This document shows, one piece after another, positions 39,501 to 52,700 of a DNA stretch of 64,000 nt. The stretch is taken from assembly GCA_040954595.2 (NCBI GenBank), contig CM082581.2, positions 13,093,921-13,157,920 of the forward strand. The letters run 5' to 3'. The notes beneath the pieces are model-generated. The model ran no database searches, was not told where the DNA came from, and saw only the letters and a list, made by a program, of their open reading frames with translations. This DNA is from Balanoglossus misakiensis (Eukaryota; Animalia; Hemichordata). Numbering within the stretch: the first letter of the stretch is position 1; each line of letters begins with the position of its first letter. The translations under genes were made by a program, and so were the position numbers.

Positions 39501-42500
39501 TAGCACACTTTTGGGAGTCTTCCTTGACATGCGCACAATGTAAACATATTCTGAGATTGCTTGCATTTCATTCCATGTCACCATACATGTATAATACGGT
39601 GAAATTCATGGAATACTGGGACCACACCTTTGCTTGCTCTTCCTGGAAGATTCCGGGGCTCTCTGTGTTGGCTAATTGCGCTCCCACATACTCCAACGCG
39701 CTTGTAAGCGGTGAGATGAAGTTTTCAAATCTCTGCTCGTCCTCTCCCAGATCCACCATGAGCAGTCGACCCAGGGCGGTGTAAAACGTTGTCCGACACC
39801 TCATGTCGTTCAGAGTTGTTCCATTGATGCCCAGGAATGAAAAATGTTCACTCTGTTGAAAAGCGGGAGGGGAAACACTACTCAGAGTTTTGACACTACA
39901 GAAGGAAAATTCTTAATCACATTTGTTGTGAGGTTTCTACTGAGAATATTCAAAACCACGTACCGTATGATTGTTCAACATGAACTGAACAGCCTCCAGT
40001 TTGACAAGTTTTCGCACACTGCTGTATCCTATCGACAAATCGCTGAGCAGCTGCAAGGTTTTGGTGATGATTGTTTCACTACGTCCCCAATACTTCAAAT
40101 TGGTTATTCTGTGTATTAACAAACAATATTGACTCTCATTGGCATGGGGGGAAAATAGCAGAAGTGTGAATCACTGAATGTGTATACATACAATCATAAA
40201 TTCACCATTTTAATGAGGTGTACACGACCTTACATCCTGATACTTTCATTGCGATGAATAACTCAGAAACTCACAAAGATCAAATCCTACTTACATTTTA
40301 CTGATGAACACATTGAGAATCATAGACTCATCATTGAGCCCCAGTACTTGTGATAATCTCCTATATACCTATGATGGGAACAAAATACAAGACATTTGTG
40401 AGGTATACGATATTATATATACACAACTGACCAATCTCAGAAGGGAGCGTCACTCACCTTTGATGTTTTCTGTACTTGATCGCCTACATAGATTTTGCGG
40501 AACTGGTCAAAGAAACTCAACATTGCTAAGTCTAGTTTTTCACTACCGCCTTGCGACAGTCGGGAGTCTGTTAGATTCATTAACTGAAGTACTCTGAAAG
40601 AATTCAAAAGTACACATTGTCATATTGTAAACGTCTTCCGTAGTCTTTCACATTGAACTTGACTTGGATTCAATACGCAAGGTTTTAGAAAAGGCTCGTC
40701 CAATATAGTGTACACAGAGCCCTCACTCATAGATGGCCATATTTTGTGAATAGCCTTATAATGAGCTGGAGGGATAGGAAATGTGGGGAGGGGGAGGGGG
40801 TTGGCAAAGCAAGCCTACCTGCAGACCAGCTCCCCATCCAAGGCATCATGTTCATCAGCACTAGTAAATGACACCCTGCCACCTATTACAGCACCAATTA
40901 TATACACTAACCAGGTTAACCGACCTGTCAAAAATGGAACAAACACATGCAGTAACTTGGCTGGAAAAATTAAATGCCCAAATAATAGTCTATAAAACAC
41001 ACAGATGGTGCTTGATGCAGTTTTGTTGTGGGGAAGTGGTGTTCACATCTACAAGGAATGAATTTCTAATACATCTAACAGATACCCACCTTCCTGCACT
41101 GCCATTTCTGCTGCACTAGTAGGAGTTGTCTGTACAAGTTTTTGATAAGTCTGAGCTGACTGGTCAAACAGCTGTATTAGCAGAGCACATGTTTTCTCGT
41201 ATTCACACCTGCCTATAGTAGAAAGCTGAAATAAAAAGGTGGTTTGTTAATGAAGATTGTTTGCACTTCAGAGACAGATAATAATGTCAATTCCTGGTGA
41301 TATACATATTGGCCTTGTTGATAGAGAGATAGTAGAATTGCTGACCTGATCCAACTGCTGGGAAATCATTGCCTGGTCATCCAAAGGGTCTTCCAATCCG
41401 TCTCGCAAAACGATCGTCACAGATTCCAGTCTGGACGTGATGTACGCTTTTGTGACTTCCGGTGTGTAGGTTTCAAGTAAATGTGGTTCGGAGGCCTTGA
41501 CGTAGGGCACTGATGCAACCATGCGTTGCCACAGGGTCAGCAGGTAGTGGACACTGTTTGGTGCAAACTGCCACATTTGCTGAAATAGGCATCATAATGT
41601 TCACAGTACATGTAAGTCTATGTCTTGTTGTTAATGAGCCTCCAATTTGGGATTTCTGGTGCGTGTACTGTTTGGTGCTACACAAACTGAACAAAACTAC
41701 CACTTTCTAAATATTGATATGACATACCAACAGGCATATATAAATACACACAAAAACTGCCTCCAATCTACGAAGGGGGAATAAAATTCTGAGACTTACA
41801 TTTACCTGTAAACTTGTGACAGTGAACTTGGCAATGAGCGCGATAACTTCTGGGTAGTTGTCTACCTTGACAAGCTCCCCCAGCTGGTAGTTGGATTTCA
41901 ATCTGGCCAGAAGTCTGCAGAACTCATGGTAATTATTTGCATCGGTTAGACCCTGCAACAGGGGGAGATTATAACGTGACTATGCTTATCATGTCACTCA
42001 CTGTGTCAGGAATACTGAAGTCAAAGCATGGTATCTTATCGTGATAGCTATCAGAAGAAGGAATCATGAGTGCAAAGTGTATCAAAATTAACTCTATATC
42101 TCTGAATAGCTCATCACCGATATACTCACCTGTGGATTTTCGAGAATTCTTTTGACACCGTTGACAAGATGTGAAAGGAAATTTGCCCTCTCTGCATTGT
42201 TAAATAACGATCGTCTCACTGAAGCTATCTGTACTATGCATGATATGGCCTGTCAAAATGACAAAAGATTTTCAACATCATGGGAAAAAATTCAGTTTCA
42301 AATGATAACTGGTGAATTTTTGCTTTTTGGTACATTTTTCAATTTTTGAGTATTTTTACTAGTAAAGCACTGATAAATACTTTGAAAAAAAAATGACACA
42401 CTTAAGAATATTCAAACTGAAAAATAGACTGACATTTAAAGCGTACTTACCATTGGAGAAAGCGAGTGTGGAAGTGAATGGTACAAATCAAAGAAGAGTT

Positions 42501-45500
42501 GAACATTGCTGAAATCAAGGAATGCTGAAACAAGAAAAAAGACAATTTTAGACTATTTCTCTAAATGCAACATCATTCCTGCAGTGATCAGCTGGAACAT
42601 GGTAAAATAAAGCTGTTTACATAAGACACTGAGTGGATTATTAAGAAACAGGTTTTATACATCTATCCACTGTCATTCCAGGCACACCACAATTACATAA
42701 GCAAGGTATTTTTATGTAAAAGCTGTTACCAATGCTTACCTGACCTCCACGCTGTCGGTATCTGTACAGTGATTATGTCGTCTGACGACTCATCTGTTGA
42801 CGTGCCAATGAAGTCAAAGGTCAAGCAATTATAGGCTAGTCTTAGCAGCTGGGTCATTAGGCCATGCTGAAAGATAGAAATCAATTCAACGTACAGTAAG
42901 AGGGAGTGAGGAACACATAAGTCTCATTTCATTATTTTGCAAACAAAATCAATAATCATTGGTCTGCTCTCAGACATTTATTTGACTAAATGTGAAAAAA
43001 AAAACAAGTACCAACCTGACTCTCATTGTTGAAGTCTAGAGCTTTGTTTTGAGCCTACAAGAGAAAAAAATGGCATTTTACAACAGCAGGGGTAGTCGAC
43101 TCAATTTTCCCCCAAGACTTCCCAGAAGTGAATTGCATTTTTTTCTGGGACTTGTTCAATGTTCCATCTATTCTAGGGGTGAATGGGAATGCCAAAAGTA
43201 AGTAGGATGATTTCTCACCTGCTTGAGAAGATTGCAAGACAAAGTGAAAATTTCAAACAAGGAAGAATCTCTGAAGGAGGAAGCCACTTTGCGGTGTTTC
43301 GTAAATGGTCTTGTTGAGTCCGCCTGGAGAAAAATCCACAAGAAAAGTTACAGAGAATTAGTTGGTTTCACTCTGTCAAAATCAAATTCTGGTACATGGA
43401 ACATGATCAGCATCATTGTCTGTTTTTTTTTTCTTTTTCTGTAGATGGCTATGCTGATTACAAAGTGCAATGTTTTCATTAAATTTCATTTCCCCATACA
43501 AATGTCTGGTATTGGCAGGACTAAAAACACTGAAGTGTGAACAAAGAATCTTCAAAACACTCCAGAGGAATGAAGAATCTCGACTCCCTCTGGGCAGAGA
43601 AGAAACCCACGCCGACTTACTTGATTCATTTCAGCTGTGAGTTGGGAAAGAATCTGTACACCTATCATACAGTGGTCGACTGAGCCCTGCAAAAGATGTC
43701 GTCAGAAAAAGAGAGTATTGAAATATCAGAGACGTGAGTAATCACAATCAGGGTTCTTACTCTCAGATTCACAGCTACTCATGTTATATCAAACCATCAC
43801 ATATGCTCAGAGGACTGACAACACAACTTCCATATGAGTATTGACATAACAGAACCACACCCAACCTTTGACCCCTCACCTGTAGAAACTGCGTGACATC
43901 ATCGACAACATTTCGGAACACCCACTGGTCCTTTTGGCAGTCAAACCAGCCGAGCTTAGTGATGCGGGAAAACAGCTGCAGACCGAAGACAGAGGGAAAA
44001 AAACATTAGCAGACTGATGTGAAGTTTCTGAGCTCAGCAGATTTGAGTTCATAAAAAATCACAACATATGACTACATGTAGAAGAATATTTGAGTAATTT
44101 CAATGAAGATCACGATTGTCTTCTTAATCTTATGGATAATATTTTGTATTATTTTGGGAAAATTGCTTAACATACCTGTATCAAGGCTTGAGTAACGTAA
44201 GTTGGCAACTTTGGCCTGGTTGCAAGGTAGCTCAAGACATAGTTACCTGTCAGAAGGCAAGCAGAAGTCACCCATGTCTCAGCTTCTTTTTAAGCTATGT
44301 ATTTTTCAATTAATGAAAGGCGCAAGAACCAAATTAGGAATACGTTACTCTTTGGGAAGTTCTAATCTTATGATGGTGTTTACTCACGTATATCTATTCT
44401 TTGTTCCAGTGGTAACGATCCAGTATTCCTGGACACCAGTTTTGTCAATGAAGAGGCAGCCAGAAGCTGTGAATACGGAGACTGAAAAGAGAAAAAGACA
44501 CACTCTAGGCAATGAAAAATATCCAAGTTTTGGCATGGATTTGCAAAGGCTTGAGACAACAGTATTACATTGTTGAAACCCCTGTATTGTACTCCCGGCC
44601 TCACACCAGGCTTACATTTTTATTTGAACCTTCAAAGATGGAACTTAGGTACGGTGAAAGAGGATCCCTCATAACATTTACCAGGTTACTGCCCTTTATA
44701 GCAAAAACACTGTGTGTGATTGAGCGTATAATTGACAGCAGAGACTATAAATAGAATATCATTTATAACTGTCATGATAACTTTGAATGAAGCTGCCCAT
44801 GTTTAAACTCTAACCTTTCATTCTTTTTTTTTTAATACAATTCATTTTTTATAACAATTTAGCATGCTTGTAGAGTTCTACTTCATGGTCATTGTTCAGG
44901 ATTAAAATTAAAAGTTGATGCTTATCATGACATATGATGAAATAATGTGTAACTGTTAGAGATAGCTGACGTAAAAAAATGATTTGGATGTACATTGCAT
45001 TTATAAGCACTGTGGTATATTTCAACTTTATAACAAAGTGAAAGCTGACAATGGATGCTAGTGTTGTTAATATTTGAGGCACACCCTCTTAACTGTATTT
45101 CTGGAAAGCTATTTCACCATCATTCCAAATACATATATCTCAATCAATATGTGCATTTTTGCTGCAGGCCTGGTAATATGTTTCTTATTATTTTAGTGAT
45201 ATGAACAGCGTCAGTGACTTGCTAATAGATGCAGCCAAAAATAGACGGACAAAAACAGAAAAAAATGCTATTACTGCAGGCTATTATTTCGTCATGCACT
45301 GCCTGCAAATTTTCAGTAAATATACACTCAGAGAAGGTAACACTTGTAAAATATATTAAAACTAGTGTAACATTTATCCACAGTCACTTTCGCACTCATT
45401 TACTTTTCCTACAACAAAAAAATGCTACGCATCACTACACCGTCGGAGCCATTCTGACCCATGACTGTGCGTGGTGATGGACATTATGCCACCTTATGGT

Positions 45501-46868
45501 GCATAGCCGCGTATTTTCAATTTGGCAAGGAGTCAAAAAAAGTGTTTTGTCTGTCTGTCCATGTGACATTGTTATCTGACTAGCATGACAATAACTCATC
45601 TGACATCTGCCAATATCTTTTGATGTTCCATTCACCACCATTGGAAGTGTACCTTACTTGAATAAATATTATGCCACCATTTTGGATCTATAAATCATAC
45701 CTCTCCTAAAACTGCATTTATTTTTACACTTAATTCAATTACTTGTGCAAAATCAAGATGTTGAAGATATGCAAGTTAAATAATTGAACAAAGCTGCACC
45801 TTATAAGATAGGCACGCAGTGTACAGTCTCCAGAATAAAATTTGACTCAGAGTCTTATTGTGCTATTGCAACTTCTTGCTAATTGCCATCGATTTAGCGG
45901 ACCCCATCTACCATAAGCTTCACACCCACACAGACAGTTTCAGAGTCTTCGTGAAAGATAATCACTGAAAAAAAAAGTGTGAAGAAACTGAATGAGCACA
46001 CTCACATTTCCTCTCTCAAGGAGTAACTGACATCTGTTCAGACAGTCCGGAGAATCGGTGAAAGTGACGAGTGCCTTCTCTGCTTCATTTCGCTCCCCTG
46101 GGTTTGCAGTTGTGTATAACTGTTTACACAGCACTTCAAGCTGGGCCAATTCCTGGGAATCAATGTTGATAAACAAAATATTAACACAGTGTTGTCTGTT
46201 AAATTGACAAAATAGCAAGACATGTGAAAACTAATTACATGTACATGAAGACAATGTCTCATTTGTTTGAAAACACTGATAAACACAACAGTTATATTCG
46301 TTAGGGATTAACAAGAGTCGCGCATACCATGTAACACAACACGCCCCCTTTACAACAAATATCTGACAACAATATTAGTAAACATGACACAACGCCCTCC
46401 AATATTCTGGTCAAGTCCGACAGCGTGTGTGTGTGTGTGCGCGTGTGGACAGGGGAGGTTCTGAAATGTGCACGTGCGCAGAGAACGGCCGTTTTTTTCA
46501 TCTACTTGTAAACTTTTTTCGAAGACGATTACACAACGCTGACGGAAATGAAACCACAATGCCCAAATGCTTTGTTTTGATGTTTACGTTTTGACATGTC
46601 CGCGTTTTCACTAAGCGAGGGAAATGCAAATCCTGAAATCACACATGGTGCAGTAGGGCCACAGATAAGCATCATCGACTATCGTACAAACACGCTGTTC
46701 GAAGTCGACAGGAAAAGAAGTCGCCCGTGAGCGTGGTGCACAGTCAGGCAGCTAATGTAAATAAACTCACAGAGAGCATTTCCTTGGTAATTTTACGGAT
46801 TTCAGCCTCGGATGACCAGAAAATATAAGGTGTCACGCAATATTTTCTCTTACCTGATCTTCCGCCAT
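36580..46868 (-). CDS. XPO7: Exportin-7 (XPO7/RANBP17 co-orthologue), 28 coding exons, about 1091 aa
   Basis: Exons (high to low): 46868-46854, 46152-46006, 44481-44388, 44246-44176, 43975-43880, 43686-43621, 43323-43219, 43054-43016, 42866-42740, 42524-42451, 42249-42130, 41952-41806, 41579-41346, 41225-41090, 40924-40819, 40593-40458, 40368-40295, 40108-39964, 39852-39628, 39437-39349, 39182-38992, 38670-38616, 38149-37990, 37757-37619, 37510-37353, 37213-37115, 36971-36844, 36679-36580 (3276 nt). Motifs [91 protein letters not shown]. Confidence 0.98.
38150..38615 (-). other. U12-type AT-AC intron of XPO7
   Basis: 5' splice site ATATCCTTTG, branch TCTTTAAC (38167-38160), 3' end CTCAC. Splicing restores [13 protein letters not shown]. 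Confidence 0.95.
39183..39348 (-). other. U12-type GT-AG intron of XPO7
   Basis: 5' splice site GTATCCTTTG, branch TTCCTTGAC (39212-39204). Splicing restores LFDW-I-YPAYTP. Confidence 0.93.
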
Positions 46869-47032
46869 TTTGTTTTTGCCGAGTCCGTGACCGTTTACGG
46901 AAAACAGCGCCCTCCCCCAAGAGTTTCCAGAGGGCGCCAGTGCAGTGTTCAAGTTCTCTTTTTAGGGTACATAAACTTATCATATATTTCACTGCCTGTT
47001 ACACATAAACAATTACAGCATTCAAGATTTAA

Positions 47033-47298
47033 GGGACTGTTCAGAATATACTTCCAGGGGGTGGAGGGTTTTCAAGGGCGGAGACCACCCATTTTCTCCA
47101 AGAAAAAGTAGGGGGGGGGGGGGGACCAGACATAAAACTCACAATCCTTTAGGGAGGGGAACCATGGAAAAAAAACAGGAAATTTAAGGGGAGCCACAGA
47201 TTTCCTCCACAATTTACTAGGAGGGACCATGGAAAAAAATCACCAGGAAAATAAAAACTCCTCCGGCCCCACCCTGGAAGTAAATTCTGAACAGTCCA
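47033..47298. mobile_element. MITE / non-autonomous DNA transposon (PIF/Harbinger- or Kolobok-like ends)
   Basis: TIRs of about 26 bp: GGGACTGTTCAGAATATACTTCCAGGG and CCCTGGAAGTAAATTCTGAACAGTCC. Left flank (T)TAA; right target-site duplication degraded. Internal GGGA-ACCATGGAAAAAAA repeats. Confidence 0.85.
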
Positions 47299-47851
47299 TT
47301 TCAGTCCATCTCGATTTTTTGCTCGTTCTGGTTTGCCTAGTAGATGGCATTTACTGAGGACTTTTTTGCACGAACTTGAATTGCAATTATGTACAAGAGA
47401 CTGGATATATTATGGGGTGGTACACGTAATTATTTTATTAGCATTTCTAGGACAGATAATTATAACAACAGAAGGTCAGACTGAGACATTCTGAAGACAG
47501 GTAATGGTGGTATACACTGATGTCAAAATTACAAGTTCACTTTTGCATGTAAGTCTGCCTGTGTTGGAGATATATATATACTTGTCATGTGATCTTAACT
47601 TTTGATCACAACACAAAGTTTTGTACCTTTTACTTGAAACAAACTTTTATAAAATTTGCTTCTTGGAAAAAAATCAAGTTGAAGGAACCAGTACAAAATC
47701 ATAATGCAACATACACCAGTGAATTTTACTACGCTCTACAGAATTGTTCTTAGCCAAACTGGCATCTGATGTGCACATTGTGTATGATCAATTATGACCA
47801 CTGCAGTTATCTGTACGAGTGTCTATATATGCATCTGTTTGGATCTCTATG

Positions 47852-49432
47852 CTATGATTTGGTTTCTTTGCTGGTGTCATCTGTCTTCCGGCCTGTTTTG
47901 TTGTAGTTGCAGTCATTCAAGCCTTCTCTGTTTCTTGCGATCTCGATTGCATAAAACTGAATTCTTGTCACTGAAATGAGGGGAAAAAATCACAGCTATT
48001 ATTCTCTTCATCATCCTCTCAAATTCTCACAGAAAATAGTGCAAAGAACTTGCGGTTTCCTCACCTAAAATAGAATTTGTCTCTGAATATTCATTGCTGG
48101 CATCCAATCTCAGGAGGGTACCAAAGTTAAAATCGTTGACTTGACCTTCAAAATGATTACAAAATGGCCTCCATTTCTGGAATACAAAAGCAATTCAAGA
48201 GAATGAATCGGGTCATTGAAAACAAAAAATCTTAAACAGCCGAGATTTAAAAAAAAATACACATATATATGGCTTGCTGAAAAGGTGCACCACATATGGA
48301 AAAACTTGTCAGAATTTTGAAAGATATTCTTACCGATTTTGCTGTCAATGTTTTTAAATCATCCTCAGCTATGAGACCAACATTCATGTCCTTGAAATCT
48401 TTTCTAAACTCCTGGTAAATTTCGTCGTCAACTTTTGTCAACTTCAACCTCTTAGGATCCACTGATGATATAAGCTGGAATAATGAAAACAATAGATAAA
48501 ACAAAGAAAAAATTAGTCTTGATACTGAATGTGTGTTTTTATAGAAAGATTTACAAACATTACAACAGACTTCAGACAGGCATCTTGACCAGGTAACCTG
48601 CTGGTAAAACTATCTAGCTTGAGTTATCACCTCATTGTCACATACAAATACAGAAACACTAGTGGAAATTAGCCGATACTGGGCCAACAGATTGTAAGGC
48701 CAGTGTTAGCTAATTAGAAAAAGTCTCTACTGTACTTTGAAAACAGTAAAATAAAAGAAACAACAGTGTTTACATGTTATGGGAAATGTCACACCTTTAC
48801 AGAAAAAAATGTGACAATTTCCATTTGGTGACTTTCAACTCACATTGAAGTATGTCTCGGCATGATGGTAAGCCTTCACTGCCCACTGTACTTCAATCTT
48901 TTCCTGAAATACAAATGAAGATGTTATTGTTAAAGAAAACACTCCAAAATTGGCAATATTATAAGATGATGTATCCTGAGCTGTAATATAATACTAGTAC
49001 AACAATGTAGTTAAGATCATGATGTACAAAAGTATATTGTATGTAAGGAAATACTCACATCATTGACATAATCTTCTGCAGGCCTTGAAAGAGCATCCCC
49101 AGCAGCATACATGCCAGGTACTCCCTGAAGAGCGATGAAACAAGAAAGAGTCATGAACTGAACTTCAGCATAATGAACCAAAGTTTCACATTTGATTGTC
49201 ACTGACAAACATGCACACTTCACAACACTGGAAAGTTTAATACCAGGCATCCAAGTCTCATTCACAATCATTACACATGGGTATTATGCTGTAGTATATT
49301 GTTAAAGTGATCTTAAGATATGGAAAAGAAGTCTAACTACATATCTTTACATGGTCGGTTCGATATAATGTTGTTGGAGTAAGAAAAGAAACACAGAAAA
49401 CTCACGAGGTCGGAAAGTCCTTCTTCGGCCAT
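47852..49432 (-). CDS. PBDC1: Polysaccharide biosynthesis domain-containing protein 1 (CXorf26), 6 coding exons, 174 aa
   Basis: Exons 49432-49406, 49124-49059, 48903-48844, 48474-48334, 48176-48065, 47970-47852 (525 nt). Protein: ...YVNDEKIEVQWAVKAYHHAETYFNLISSVDPKRLKLTKVDDEIYQEFRKDF...KWRPFCNHFEGQVNDFNFGTLLRLD...RIQFYAIEIARNREG. Confidence 0.95.
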
Positions 49433-49771
49433 GTTTTCTGAAGTGTAACCTTTGACCTTTTATGACTTCGTATGAACTTCCGCTATGAGCAAATCGTTGA
49501 AATCGATAGGTCTTTGTTTTTCTTAGAATATGCATCAATATTCTATTACATATTTGTTTAAACTATTTGTCATAGTGTCCTTCATGTAGCTAGAGGTGCA
49601 ACTAAAACATAATCGCATTTTGTGAAGTCTCGTTGTAAGTCTCGTGGTTCAAGAGACCGGCGAATGAAGAGGGTGACGTCACAGCCGTTCCATTTGTGGT
49701 CGACGGACTTTTATATAGTTGCCGTTTGCAGGAAAAAATCTCCCAAAGAATAGCGTTTTTACTACAATAGA
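49433..49771. promoter_or_regulatory. Bidirectional promoter PBDC1 / beta-TrCP
   Basis: Head-to-head ATGs 340 bp apart; locally CpG-rich; CRE TGACGTCA 49674-49681. Confidence 0.75.
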
Positions 49772-52700
49772 ATGGAAACAAGCACTATCACAGATGAAAA
49801 ACTTGCAGATGGGATGGTAAGTCGCGTTTGATCACGTCCACACCCCTCGAAAACCCTGTTTTCGACGTGAATGTACAAACGTCGCTGTCTTTACTCTAAC
49901 GACCGCCATGTTGATTTTCCTGGATGTAAAACAGTGAACTGGGAGGAGTCGTAATAAATGTCTACAGTCTTTTGAAAGACCAGATCTAAAGTTCCACTCA
50001 ATCAAAATAATGTAACATTAAGAATATTCACTCCCGATGATTCCAAGATAACGTCCTTGTTGCGTAGTTTATCAAAGTTGTGTTTTAATTCAGGAAGTAG
50101 TTCATAACAAAAATGAGTTATGTTGTCGGTGCGCAACTGAGTGTTTTTTCGTGCCTATCTGTTTTCAAAATTGGGACTTCCCCGTGCTAAACGGCTTTCG
50201 CAGTTTGTTTTATACATATATCCATTAAGTATACATTGAAGAAACTGTCTTATTGTGTGTCCATGTTTTGACAAGATTTCGATCGGTTTTGTCTAAAATA
50301 ACAGAGACTGTCGACGTGTTGGGGAAAGGCCAAGGACGTGTCAGGGTTATTTTTTTTCTCAGACGTCACAAAAACATTTTACCGATTCGTAGCAAGCCCC
50401 GTTTTTATGCTCTCATGTCATATTTATATGGCTAGTTCATGTTTGTGCCAATGTCATTTCGTCCACAGTTCTAGTAAAACGGGACATTATTTCGTTTGAA
50501 ATCTACATCGTGTGTTGATTGCACTTGGGTAAAAAATAGTGAAATACATTATTATGAGATGAAAGATTATAATCAAATTCATTTCATTTCCCATTCTCTC
50601 ATGATACTGTCAGCTTGATAGAATACATTTATGATTGGCCTTTCAAATCTCCAAAAACAGAATTACAATTTTATAATTCATATAGATAACAACTTAAATA
50701 GCACTCTCTAGATGTCTTGGTTACCTGGAAACCTTGTCATGCTGTTTAATTTAAAAACAACAACAGGGAATTGGTTGACTTGTGATAATTGCTTTACAAT
50801 ATTTGAATTAGTAATCTGATGCATTTCTGAGAATTCACATGGCTGTAGAGGTGATGGCGCCGGGAATGCAACCATCTGCTGTACTTAATCATGCCAGCTA
50901 CCAAATATGCCTTTCCAGCAAATATTGACGTTTTATAGTTAGTCACTCACCAAGATCTGTAGTTCTTGAAATGTGATAATGATATATTTGTTTCCCTTTT
51001 TTTTCTACAGACAACAACCACTCCCATAAAGCTAATCAAAAGCAACAAAGAGCCTTCGCCGAACTTTCAAAATGAAAAGGAAATGTGTGTTAAGTATTTT
51101 GACCAGTGGAAGGAAAATGAACAAATTGAATTTGTAGAACAATTAATATCACACATGTGCCACTATCAGCATGGACATATCAATTCTTTCTTGAAACCAA
51201 TGCTTCAGAGGGACTTTATAACAGCATTACCAAGTAAGTTTTTATTGTCTGTTTGACAGTATCACCAGAACCACAAATAGTCATAATTAATGTAAAAAGG
51301 CCTTTGTCGTCTGTCAACGGTCAAAGGGTCAAGGAAAACTGTATCATAAATTCAAATTGCATTACACATAGAATTTATGAAGTGGCTTCAAACATGCCCT
51401 GTCTATCTAAGTCCAAGAAAGACGGCTGTCACTGACAAGAACCGGAAGGGTCTGTGTTCCCTTTGTCCGAGAAAAGTCATTTCCTGCAACTGAACACAGT
51501 GGGGCTCTCTGAAACTGTGATAAGGCATCATACAAAACCATTCTGGGTCATGGTTGGATCATATGACCATTGAATAAAAGCCTTTCTTTATGATTTGAGA
51601 GTGTTACGATAATAATGGTCGTGAGATAATGAATGTAGGATGTTTCCTGTACAGTGGATTGCATTGTGATTGGAATAACTATGTCTGGAGTGCTTTGTAT
51701 TGTCCTTGTAGAAGACTTGCTCTTCACCTTGTGAATAATAGTACTTGTCTCTTGAGGATTGTACGCTCCACTATTCTTCCGGATAGGAAGACCCGGTAAT
51801 GTCCATGAAAACAAGGATAATTCCATCCCTGTAGTGCCTAACTGTGAAGTCAACAAGGAAATCCTTGTCCCTATTCAATTCCTCAAGGCTTCGTCTACGT
51901 GTACTCTGAGTCATATGAATTTTCAATGAGTAATTGTTGTGCCACAGATAAACACGAATTGAAAACACATAATGTGTTCCTAGGCCTTCCAGTTTGAAGC
52001 CCAGAAGAAACAATACTGCTCAATTTCACATTTTGTTTATTTGCAAATTCCAATTTCACATTGTTGACATTTTTCTTCAGCACTTATTTCCTATTTGAAC
52101 TATATGACATGGTTGTGTCTTTCATCTTCCAACAGAAAAGGGTCTCGACCACGTAGCGGAAAACATCTTGTCGTACTTGGATGCCAAGTCTCTGTGTGCA
52201 GCTGAACTAGTTTGCAAAGAGTGGTACAGAGTCATCCAGGATGGAATGCTCTGGAAGAAATTGATTGAGAGGATGGTGATCACAGACTTATTATGGAAAG
52301 GCCTTTCGGAAAGGAGAGGCTGGTGAGTTGATATTTCCACGATTGGATTCAATGGAATTCAATTCTATGGTCTTGTCACTTGCAGAACAAAATACTCTGT
52401 ACTGTGTTTCATAAAATGTTGTGGAAGATCTCTTTAAAGCTCATACAATACCCATCACATATTGCAATATGTTAGATGCTACCCCATTGTAAGAGTTGTA
52501 TGTACGCGTAGACAACACCATATGGTGTAGAATATTTGGACAATTCCTGTTCATTTATTTACAACATATGCGGGGGAAATGGTAGCTTAGACTTGCATGT
52601 ACTAGGAGAAAACATAAAGTCATTGAAATACGAGATCTTTTAAACATAATCATCAAAGCTTACAAATTTGCCCTAAAGTGGTTCCTGTTTTTGTTCATGA

